From a virus (lineage: Duplodnaviria; Heunggongvirae; Uroviricota; Caudoviricetes), in IMG/VR virus record IMGVR_UViG_3300035034_003552: a stretch of DNA of 33,175 nt. The stretch is one strand, 5' to 3'. A model generated the notes under the pieces. The model worked only from the letters and a program-made list of their open reading frames with translations, had not been told where the DNA came from and did not search any database. The translations under genes were made by a program, and so were the position numbers. Positions within the stretch are counted from its first letter, which is position 1. Each line of letters opens with the position of its first letter. Positions 16,538 to 26,600 of the stretch are shown here, in pieces.

Positions 16538-19500
16538 ATGGCTAACAACATTGAATCTAATTTAGACATAAAAAGTGGAACTATATGGGAACAACTGGAA
16601 CCAGAAGTAAGAGACCAGCTTAGGTATTCTGGGTTTTTTACAAAAGATTCTTTAGCTGAAAACACCTCACCTTCATATATTCCTTTCAAAAAAGTAAAGG
16701 GTGTGCCAAATAGTAATAACAGAAATTATTCTGGCAGCGGCGAAGACTATGAGCAATTACATAATAACTTAATAAACACCATACAAGAAAGACAGCAAGC
16801 AAACCAGGCAATTTTAGATGTTGATAGTTTTAATAGCCAAATGCTCGATGAATACAGGGATGTATCAAGATCAGATACCAGAAAAGCCAAACTTGATTGG
16901 ATAAAAAGTCAGGGGATAGAAAAATATGATTCAAATGCTAGAGACTGGAGCTGGAAGAGGATATACAAAACCTATGGCCAGAACACGGAAATAGATATCT
17001 GGCGCGATGTTACTAATATGCACAATAACAATAAACCACAACAAGCACTAGAGTCGTATATGAGCATGAGAAGAGACAGTCAGAGTGCGATGTTTTTTGA
17101 CCTTGAGACTTTTGGTAGTTTCGATCAAAGGACTGGTGAAGTAGGCAATTACTTCATGCCCTATCAGGCAAGTTTTACTGAGGGGAGATTTATTGACGGT
17201 GAGTTTAAAAGTTCAAATAATACAAGATCATTTCTTATAAATCCAGAAAGCACCAAGCAGATAGACGGGATAAGAAGTGCTATAGATAAACTTAAAACAA
17301 GTGGATCTAGTCCAGCATCCCTAACTGATGCAGAATATAGAACCGTAAGAGATCTTATAAAGATTTCAGAAGCGGATGTAAATAATGGAGAAATTACTAA
17401 TATACCATCATGGGTTGATAAAGAAATACCAGAACAAGGTGTAACAGACTTAAGTAAGTATGTAACAAATGCCGAAAAGGGATTAGAAAAGTTGAAGAAA
17501 GAAGGTCAGTCTCCAGAAAAATTATACGATTACTGGAATAGATTAACAGAAAACAACATGGTTGCAGGACATAATATTACAAATTACGACATGCCCGCAC
17601 TGCAGACTTTCGCCAGAGAGGAAGGCATTAAGGCAAATACTACTGATAATGTTTTCGATACTCTAAACTTATTTAGATCACTCAGTACAGACCCAGAAAG
17701 AGATATGTTTGGTGGAAATAACACTTCAAGTAAGGGCCCGCTAACACTCGATGCTTTTAGGGAAAAGCACGGGATTATCGGTGATAGTCATACTGGTACT
17801 TTTGATAATAGATCCCTGGTAGAAATACTGAATAGAGAACAAAACAATATAGATAATTCTTTAAATAATATGCTTTACAAATCTGACGCTGATCGTGCAA
17901 CAAAAGAAACTATGGATAATATATTTCAAATAGATAATAAATCAATTAGAACAGGAGATGTACTATTTGCTCCACAAGGCCAGCACCAATATGGAGAGGC
18001 TGCAGCAGATATGGTACTTAACCCTACCGAAGAAGGCCTATCGAAGCAGATGTTCCCTGAAGTATCAGTAAGAAGAAAGTCCTTTTATCAAGTATCAGAC
18101 GCTTTTGGGGATCAGGGTAGATTTAATGTAGTATTAAAGAACTTATCTGATGAAAATGTTCATGTAATATCAAGAGAAAATAAATCAGATCTACAAAACT
18201 ATATACAAAAGATGTTTAACTATCACGGCAGAGAAGTAGGTGACGAGTTAAATACTATAAAACAATCCTATCAAAGTGACCTTGCCAGAGGAAGATATAG
18301 AAGATTATTTTCTGGAGATAACAGGTCGTTTAAAAATAGCAAAATGTTTTTTGATGCTTTAGATATAGAAGATGAATCAGAACTATTAGAACATTTCAAT
18401 TCTGAACAGCAACTTAGGGACTTTGAGAACATGAGGCCAAGGTTGGAGTCAGAAGTAGAAGTAGTAAGACCAGCGTTAGAAAGAATAGAAGAGCAGTTCG
18501 GAGAAAACAATCCGAAATCAGATAAAGCTATGATTCAGCTTAAGAGGTTCATGGATGACAGCTTTGGGTCACATAGAGAAGAAATAGATTTATTAGATTT
18601 TGAGCAGCGAAGAGTCGATATACCAACAATTGACGGTAAAACTTCTTCAGTAAACATCCCAAACTTTGAAGAAGGTAGTCAAAACATGTGGTGGAAAGTT
18701 TACAATGAGACCAAAGGCAAAGAAAAAAGAGCCAGAGATGTCTACATGAAGGATATCCTATCAAGATTAGAAAGAGACGAAATAATCACAGCTCAAAAGA
18801 GGCAGAAAATAGCTGAGAAAGATAATGTGAGATATCAGATACAAGCATTAGTGGATGATCTGATGCATAATGACGAACTGGCAAAGGCAAATCAAACACT
18901 TGAAGTAGAGTCAGTCAAGGCAAGAAATATAATGGTAAGTGGAGAAGAAGCTGTAAAGAAGGGTAGAGCCTTCGGGTCCCAGGCGATTGATATAACACAA
19001 AAAGGGGATTTTAATGGTAAATATATTCAGAATGAACTTGATAAATTAAGTACCAAAGCGAGCAAGACTCTGCCTGATGGATTTAATTACGACTTTAAAA
19101 AGAACGTAGATGAAATAAGTAATATATTAGACAAATCATATAAAGGAAAAGGCGTAGGGTTTACATTCAGCTTTTCTGAGGAAACAGGTAATTTAACCCT
19201 GACAGTATCTGATAGAGAGATGGTAGATAGCGTAGAAAAAAGCTTACTTAAAGGTACTCCGTCCAGAAAAGCCGCTTATGTAAATATTCCAATGCCAGAT
19301 GAGGACGGGTTAATACATCAAAAGAGTATAACTAAGGCAGCACAGGGTTTTATAAAAACAGATAATACAAGAGGTGCACCCAAATACGGAGTCAGAACAG
19401 CAACCGTAACCGATGAGGTTGTAAGAGGAATAGACAGAAAAGCAACTCAGATAAGACAGACTATAGAAGATGGGAATATAGAAGAAGCCCAAAGACAATT

Positions 19501-22500
19501 AAACCATGCAGTAAATAATGTCTTAGAAGATCTGCCTGATACATCAAAAGGCATAACTTCAGGTGGGAAAAAGTACACAACACCATCTGATACTGCTAAG
19601 AGGAACTATATAAGAGCTGACGGAATAGCTCCAAAAGTGGCCAGTGATTTAGGGTTAGAGGAAAAGAGCGCCTATAAAGATATAATGGCCGACAAAGGAT
19701 TCTTGGAATTAGATGATTTAAGATTAGGTGACAGAATGAAGGTCATAAGAGAGATGCCAGCCTATCTGGAAAATAGTGGTGCCTCACAGGTTCCTGGAAT
19801 GGAAGACTTAAATCTTAAGGTAAACAGTGGATCAGTAAAGGCAAAACATGTAGGTAATGCAAACTTTTCAGCTATGGACTTAAGAGATTACAGACCATTT
19901 GCACACTACACATCCGCTACTAGACCTAACATTATTCAGATGAATAGACACTATCAGCTAGAAGATGAAGCTATAGAGGCTGTTAGTAAAAGCGGAACAA
20001 TGTCTTTCGGGAATAACATTATGACAGAAGAAATGTTTGGTCTGGAAAAAGCCCAGGGCAGCAAACCATCTAACATATCAATGAACGTGGCAATGTTGTA
20101 TGACAATAGAGTCTTAGATAATTTGTATGAACATTACGGTGAAAATAGTAACTTTATAACTAAAGGTAGTACTTATGAAAATACAGCCGTAATCAGGGAA
20201 AGTAATATGCAGTTATTCGATGGGTACAGGCAGAAATCACTAAGTATCCCCGATGTTGTAGATGCTGATATAGAGTTCAGCGGTGCAGTAAAAAGAGCTT
20301 CTGAGGGTGAAGAAGTAATATTAAAACCCAACGATATAATAGCAAAATATATAGATGAGGGCGGAAGAGAACGACAGTTAAGATATACCGAAAACACAGA
20401 GGGAATTATAAGTAATATAGACCTTAGACCAGGACAGGAACGGGTAGAAGTGGCAGTTAATATGCCAGGCCAGACATCAATGAAAATGGATGTTGAAGGT
20501 GAAAAAGTAACAGTTATCCCTATGGCTGATGAAACAATGGATAAATTCTTCGGTAAAGATATAGGGATGGCCTATGCAAGTAATATAGAAAAACACGAAG
20601 ACTTTGGGTCCCCAATAGCAGGTCAGGTAAATAAGGTAATAGATAAGATAGAAAACATAGATGACGACAAACTTAGGTCAGACGAGAGAAAAAGATTCGT
20701 AAATAAATTTAATGAAGTATTTGAACAGGATATAACCACAGATAATTTTGTAGAATATAACGGTGACACCGTATTAAAAGTCGGAGGAAGCTCGGAGAAC
20801 TGGACTAATGACATAAAACCAAAAGAAGTTCAGCAGCTGCTAAAAGATTTTGAAGTCGATGAGACAAGGACTCTGGCCACAGGAGATCAAGTAGTAACAC
20901 AAAAACAGGCTGTAGGAAGACAGCAGGTCGACGAGCATCTGAGACTAAAAACCTCAATCGGCGGAACTCCAGAATGGGATGTTCAAGATGTTGGAGTCAA
21001 ATTCGGACCGCGTCAAACATTTGCCGTAGAAGAATTATGGGGAATGGAAAAAACAGGACAGTATATAAGAGGCAAAGCACTAGAAGACAGCAGTGTTGAT
21101 GGGCAGGTCCGCGAATCTATAAGAGCAATGAGGTTCATGGAAGAAGGAATACCAGAGAATGCACCAGTAAACGCCCCAGAAGACTTTAATAGAGCAGTAA
21201 GAGGTATCAACGGTTACTTGGACGAAAGCCTAGAAGGCACCGTTATAAACCCATCTCAGACCTCTGAAGGCGTTGGAGCTTTTATGAAAATACCAGAGGT
21301 TCAGATAGATGATGGAACCGGTAAAAGAGTCAATGTAGATAGTGTTTACATGGCAAGCAGAGAGCTGGGTAGAACAAGTGGCGGCAGAGCAGAGTTAGAT
21401 AAGATACAGAGCCTGCAGTCTAGGATTCATGATCTTTCACTAGAATACAATGAGCGGATGGTAAGACCGGATGATGTAAAAACTACCGACCTTAGACCAT
21501 TCAGTAAAATAACAGAAGATCTAAGTAAGACAGTTGAGAACTATTACAAAGAGCTTTCTGATAGTGTAGCCGGTAAGAGTGGGGATGTGGCTAAAAACTT
21601 AACGGTTAGAATGCCTACATCAGGACATGGAAGAATAAGGATAATGAGTCCGACTACTCCTACTGCAGAAAGTGTATTTAAAGAAAGTGACTGGAATGAA
21701 ATATTAGGAGCAGAAGGAAGCGAGTCATATGACATATTCCAGGATAAAGTTAGTAAGTACCAGAAAGAACTAGGTACAGATATAGTGGAAGAAAACACCA
21801 TGTATATCTCAAAAGAGCGGGCCAGAGAAATGGCCACAGATAAGATTACCGGTGAGGTTGATGATCAGCTATTAAAACAGATGGGTGGAGAAGGATCCTA
21901 TGGCTTAGGGATAAGATATCCTATGTTCTTCAAAGAGGCAGCCCAGCCGGTAAAGTTCAAGACTCACGGAGATGTAACTGGTAATGACTTATGGATGACT
22001 CCAGGTACAGCAGACATCTTGAACGCTGATAGTGATGGTGATACTGGAGCCTTTTTCATAACAAGAGATTTCCATGAAGATAAAAGCATAAAAGGAAAAA
22101 CAAAAAGGATCAGAACTCAATCTTCACTCGATGCAGAAAATGAAATAAAAAATAAATTCCAGAGTAAAGAGTTAATAAATGCCAGAAGAGAACAGGCGAC
22201 AAATGCAGTATCAGACTATATGCAAAAGATGAATACTACGAACGAAGAGTTCGTTAAGAACTTCAATGAAAACATACAGTCTGCAGCCAGGAAAAAAGGT
22301 ACAGGACTTCAGACATTGGATAATCTAGTACCTGACAAAGTATTTAAAGCCAATGTTGGTGCTGAGGCGGACGAGGCGGTCATGCACTCCAAGCTCGGTA
22401 AGATGGGTATTGGTTACCTATCCAACATAAACATGAAAATTAAGCAGCTTGCAAAAGGTGTAGAGAATAAAAACTCAAAAGTATTTAACAGAATGTTTAA

Positions 22501-23584
22501 GGATATAGACACAGGAGATAAAACAGCCTTTCAATCCATAGAGCGTTTCGGACAGATGCTAGAGCAGGAATTCATTGATGTTAAACATGATGACCTTATA
22601 ACAATAGGAAGCGCTGGCAAGGGTATGGAAGGTGTACACATCTCCAAAGAGGTTGGAACAGCCATCAATCAAGGCAACTTCGACTTCTTAAGTAGTATAA
22701 AGAAAGAGAGTACTGGTGAAAAAATATTCGACCAGGCAGATCTTGAGGTAGTAGAACAATTTACTAAATCAATGAAAGATATAGATGCCTGGTATGCTCC
22801 AGAAACAAGAATGTTTTTAAGTAGTCAGATGGCAGACTACGGAGGTGGGGCTGGCGGAATAATGGATCTTGCGAAAAGGTCCGAAACTGGTGATACAGTT
22901 CTAACCCCTTATTTAAAGGATGTACTGGGAGAAGCTGGTATTAAAGAATCAGCTGACAGTAATGTGATAAGAAGATTGAAGAATCTATCACCAGATAGCA
23001 TAAGTGGTTCACAGGCTGCAAAGGGTGCGACCACAACTAGTATTGGTGCTACTAGAAACCTTGCTCCAGATCAGATAGCAAATTCTGCAAAAAGCTTTGT
23101 GGATAAAGCAGGTAAAACACTTAAGGGAGCTGGAGCTATCGCAGGAGTGGCGGCAGGTGCATACGCTGTAAGTCATTTCTTCAGAAAAGATCCAATTAGC
23201 CCCGAAGATCTTCCACAGGCCGATAAGTCTCCAGATGTTAATGGTAAGTATGACATGAATAAATATAAAATCGAGAGAGAAAGACAGCAGGAGAGAGAGC
23301 AACAAAAAAAACAGGCCGAGCAAAGAGAAAGAGGTAATAGAAAAGTAAACACCGAGTCCAATCAAGCCTATATCCAGAATAACGGGGCCGGCAAGAACAT
23401 AAAGATATCTGGAAAAGGAAATGTGGATACCGAGAGGATAGCATCAGTAATAGAGCAGCAGGCCTCACAGAGAGGTTCAGAAGCTAACATCAACATGAAT
23501 ATAAGAGACAATACAGATAATATAGATAATGCGTGGATGCAGCAGAGAGTTTCAGAAGCTATAAATGATGGTTATACGCATTAA
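16538..23584 (+). CDS. Single-chain two-barrel (beta+beta'-like) RNA polymerase fused to an N-terminal DEDDh 3'-5' exonuclease; probable virion RNAP
   Basis: Colinear motif matches to cellular RNAP beta then beta', including NADSDGD at 22022..22042 (aa 1829-1835), 'GIRYP', 'GKSGD...KNL.VRMPTSG' and 'KMDVEGEK'. Exonuclease motifs DLE (D188/E190), 'GHNITNYD' (D351) and 'HTGTFD' (H418/D423). Confidence 0.85.
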   Translation: MANNIESNLDIKSGTIWEQLEPEVRDQLRYSGFFTKDSLAENTSPSYIPFKKVKGVPNSNNRNYSGSGEDYEQLHNNLINTIQERQQANQAILDVDSFNSQMLDEYRDVSRSDTRKAKLDWIKSQGIEKYDSNARDWSWKRIYKTYGQNTEIDIWRDVTNMHNNNKPQQALESYMSMRRDSQSAMFFDLETFGSFDQRTGEVGNYFMPYQASFTEGRFIDGEFKSSNNTRSFLINPESTKQIDGIRSAIDKLKTSGSSPASLTDAEYRTVRDLIKISEADVNNGEITNIPSWVDKEIPEQGVTDLSKYVTNAEKGLEKLKKEGQSPEKLYDYWNRLTENNMVAGHNITNYDMPALQTFAREEGIKANTTDNVFDTLNLFRSLSTDPERDMFGGNNTSSKGPLTLDAFREKHGIIGDSHTGTFDNRSLVEILNREQNNIDNSLNNMLYKSDADRATKETMDNIFQIDNKSIRTGDVLFAPQGQHQYGEAAADMVLNPTEEGLSKQMFPEVSVRRKSFYQVSDAFGDQGRFNVVLKNLSDENVHVISRENKSDLQNYIQKMFNYHGREVGDELNTIKQSYQSDLARGRYRRLFSGDNRSFKNSKMFFDALDIEDESELLEHFNSEQQLRDFENMRPRLESEVEVVRPALERIEEQFGENNPKSDKAMIQLKRFMDDSFGSHREEIDLLDFEQRRVDIPTIDGKTSSVNIPNFEEGSQNMWWKVYNETKGKEKRARDVYMKDILSRLERDEIITAQKRQKIAEKDNVRYQIQALVDDLMHNDELAKANQTLEVESVKARNIMVSGEEAVKKGRAFGSQAIDITQKGDFNGKYIQNELDKLSTKASKTLPDGFNYDFKKNVDEISNILDKSYKGKGVGFTFSFSEETGNLTLTVSDREMVDSVEKSLLKGTPSRKAAYVNIPMPDEDGLIHQKSITKAAQGFIKTDNTRGAPKYGVRTATVTDEVVRGIDRKATQIRQTIEDGNIEEAQRQLNHAVNNVLEDLPDTSKGITSGGKKYTTPSDTAKRNYIRADGIAPKVASDLGLEEKSAYKDIMADKGFLELDDLRLGDRMKVIREMPAYLENSGASQVPGMEDLNLKVNSGSVKAKHVGNANFSAMDLRDYRPFAHYTSATRPNIIQMNRHYQLEDEAIEAVSKSGTMSFGNNIMTEEMFGLEKAQGSKPSNISMNVAMLYDNRVLDNLYEHYGENSNFITKGSTYENTAVIRESNMQLFDGYRQKSLSIPDVVDADIEFSGAVKRASEGEEVILKPNDIIAKYIDEGGRERQLRYTENTEGIISNIDLRPGQERVEVAVNMPGQTSMKMDVEGEKVTVIPMADETMDKFFGKDIGMAYASNIEKHEDFGSPIAGQVNKVIDKIENIDDDKLRSDERKRFVNKFNEVFEQDITTDNFVEYNGDTVLKVGGSSENWTNDIKPKEVQQLLKDFEVDETRTLATGDQVVTQKQAVGRQQVDEHLRLKTSIGGTPEWDVQDVGVKFGPRQTFAVEELWGMEKTGQYIRGKALEDSSVDGQVRESIRAMRFMEEGIPENAPVNAPEDFNRAVRGINGYLDESLEGTVINPSQTSEGVGAFMKIPEVQIDDGTGKRVNVDSVYMASRELGRTSGGRAELDKIQSLQSRIHDLSLEYNERMVRPDDVKTTDLRPFSKITEDLSKTVENYYKELSDSVAGKSGDVAKNLTVRMPTSGHGRIRIMSPTTPTAESVFKESDWNEILGAEGSESYDIFQDKVSKYQKELGTDIVEENTMYISKERAREMATDKITGEVDDQLLKQMGGEGSYGLGIRYPMFFKEAAQPVKFKTHGDVTGNDLWMTPGTADILNADSDGDTGAFFITRDFHEDKSIKGKTKRIRTQSSLDAENEIKNKFQSKELINARREQATNAVSDYMQKMNTTNEEFVKNFNENIQSAARKKGTGLQTLDNLVPDKVFKANVGAEADEAVMHSKLGKMGIGYLSNINMKIKQLAKGVENKNSKVFNRMFKDIDTGDKTAFQSIERFGQMLEQEFIDVKHDDLITIGSAGKGMEGVHISKEVGTAINQGNFDFLSSIKKESTGEKIFDQADLEVVEQFTKSMKDIDAWYAPETRMFLSSQMADYGGGAGGIMDLAKRSETGDTVLTPYLKDVLGEAGIKESADSNVIRRLKNLSPDSISGSQAAKGATTTSIGATRNLAPDQIANSAKSFVDKAGKTLKGAGAIAGVAAGAYAVSHFFRKDPISPEDLPQADKSPDVNGKYDMNKYKIERERQQEREQQKKQAEQRERGNRKVNTESNQAYIQNNGAGKNIKISGKGNVDTERIASVIEQQASQRGSEANINMNIRDNTDNIDNAWMQQRVSEAINDGYTH

Positions 23585-23601
23585 AAAAAGGATGATTATA
23601 T

Positions 23602-26600
23602 ATGGCTAAAGAAGTCTTTTTCGGAAGAGATGGAATAAAAAAGATAATAGACGAAAGACAAAATTACAAGGTAGAACCTGTGGACGATTTAGATGAAGTC
23701 CACGGGTCTCCTGATAATATGTACTTTATGAGGATAGGGGATGTTCAGTTTCTAATACCTCCTACAGCGATAAAGACAGAAAAGAATGTTCCTTCTGATA
23801 AGATACATCCACTCAGGAGTAATAAGACATTGAAGTATAATAACGGACATAGGCTGACAAGAATTTCAGTTGAAATATACTTTCATAACATAAATTCCAT
23901 AAACGGATTTAAAGAAAGAAATCCCGTAGCCGGCAGTAGAAGCGACAAGAATAACAGCATAAATAAAGTAAATAGTAACGACTATTATATAGATGGTTTA
24001 AGGAGTCTTATCGCACAATTTAATAAAGCTCCATTCCTACCAATAGAGAATGAATACATAAACAATGTATTGGGAGTTGATGGTGTCACATTAAATGGAA
24101 TGCAGACAGAGACGATGGACGGCTTCCCTAATACATTAAAATGCACATTAACCATGTACGAATTTAATTATCGTTCATATATACCGTGGATTGATGAAGT
24201 AGTAAATGACAAGTTTTTGGCATTCAAGAATATTTTTAACTGGCCACTTTTTAGATATCACTACCAAAAAGATATAGATAACTATAAGCCAATAGAAGGC
24301 AGACAGGTTAGTGATGAAATAACATTTAGAGAAGTAGACGAGGACCAGTTAAGAAGGAGAAAAGAAGCAAGAACAGAGCTTACTCAGAATGCAGAAAAGT
24401 ACGAGAAGACACTAAATGATATAAGAATTGAAGAAGACAAGTTTTCCGAAAGCTTCTTAGAAGATATAGAATCATATAACAAAGGCAAAACAGAATACCT
24501 TGAGCTTAAAGAAAAGCAGAGAATAAAAGGAGAGGACTTTTCTCTTGGTGATTTAGATAAAAGCCCTAACAATATGATAACTGAAAAAGAAGGGGACTTC
24601 GGAGCAATAAAGATAGAATCACCATCACCTGCACTAATGGAATTAGCAGTCAAAGGCAATAGAGTATCGGGGTCTAATACGGTATTAATATACCCAGAAG
24701 GTCATGATAAATACAACCTTGAAGATGAGAAATTAATAGATTATATAAAAAATAATGAGGATAAAGATGCAGTAGAACGGGCCAGTGCTCGTCACAATAA
24801 GTTGATCATGGAAAAAGAAAGACTGGAAAATCAAGCTCAAATATCTGAGATAGAACTTGAAATGAATAAGGTTCCTCTTGATGACTTATACCTTAAAAGC
24901 CTTTCCTTAAAACAGGAGAATACGGTAAGTCAGATCAGACTTGATCAGCAGACAGAACCAGCTCACCAGTTTTTCGGTGGCCAGGATGTTTTAGGCTATG
25001 CAGAATTCCAGGCTACAAGTAGAGAAACGGTGGCGATCTTTAGAAGAATGCTTGATGCTGCTAACGAAAAGACTCAAAACTATAGAGACGAGATAATGCC
25101 GGGATTTTTTGGAGTAGAAAATGATTTATTAAACCTCTTTGGTGTAGATAACATCATAGTCGAAAGTGCGAACATCTCTACCACACAGTCACCAGAGGTT
25201 TTTAATATATCCATAATGTTTTACGAGTTCAGCGCCGACCAAAAAGACCAGGAAGAAATAAACGGGATAAGCGGTAATCCAGATAGAGTACAACCACAAA
25301 AAGAAGAATTGAAAAACCTTAATAACATAAATATGGTACAAAATACTCTTATGCTAAAAAAGAATTTAAGCAGTAAAAGCCCCTATCCTGACCTTAACTT
25401 ACCTACCTTCGAGGAAATAAGGGCGTTTATGGATCTCCACAGTGAGGATTTAGGAGGGGTCAGAGAAGGTCTAGAACCAACCTATGTTGATCCTGACTTC
25501 TATATAATGACTATGCCAGACTTAATAGATTTCGTAATGGAATCATTAAAAGATAACTCGCCTATTGTACTCAAGGACAGATACGGTCAAAAAACAAATT
25601 TCTCAACTCCAGATTTTAACTTTGATGGAGGCAATGACGATAGTGGAGGCTTTAGGTATAATGAAAGTGTAAAAAATAAGAATGAAGAGATACTAGATGA
25701 AGTATCTGGATCTGCAGAAGAAACAGACGAGGTGGATGCTAAGACATACGGCAATATAAGGGACGACCTGGAACAAACTAAACAGAGTAATGGAGAGTAT
25801 GAACTAAACTCCAGTATGTTCGACGGTAACATAACTTCAATAGAACACCCAATAAATGGCGAAGTGCCTACCACTAATGAAAGATTTTTTGGTATGCTGC
25901 ATGATCTAATCAATTACTCCCATCAGGGGCGATTATCAAGAGCGTTCCCGGCATTCAACCTTTTCTTCATAGAGGAAGGTAAGGAGCTGGGGCAATACAA
26001 GCTATGGGATAATCTTTACGGGGTCAACGGTATTTCATCAATAGATATATCGAAATCCAGAAAGCAGGCGGCAGACACCTGTTATATAGAGATATCAAAT
26101 ATTTATAACAATCTATACAACGATTCTTCAAAAGATCCAGATATAGATGAAGAAGATCAGTACAGCTTCTTAAACTATTTTAGTGATAACCTCAACCAGA
26201 GTATGATAGATGAACATACAGAACTTAAAGACAGGCTAAATATATTACCGGGCGCCAGGGTTCAGATAAGAATGGGTTATGGAAGCAACCTAAACAGTAT
26301 GCCTTTAGTATTTAACGGAACAATAGCAGAGATAAATACTAATAAAAAGACTGTAATAATGGCCCAGTCGGATGGGGCAGAGCTAACAAACTTGATACCA
26401 GCCGACAAAGAAGAAAAGACAAGTCGCTTAAATTACGGTGTGGAACCAAGAGATATAATAATGTCGATACTAAAACAGGAGGTAAGTCTTGCTAAAGAGA
26501 TAGGTAAGCATGTTACAGCTGGTAAATTCTTTTCTCAAAATTATTTAGGTATAGAACACTTCGGGAAAGAAAGAAGAAAATATTATGACCCTTCGGAATC

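Noticed and set aside
16515-16540. Frameshift or read-through fusing the TMP and RNAP into one polyprotein
   Set aside because: The -1 frame is open for only a few codons, there is no X XXY YYZ heptamer (ATT AAA TTT TAA), the +1 frame hits a stop, and the RNAP gene has its own RBS (AAGGGGTG).
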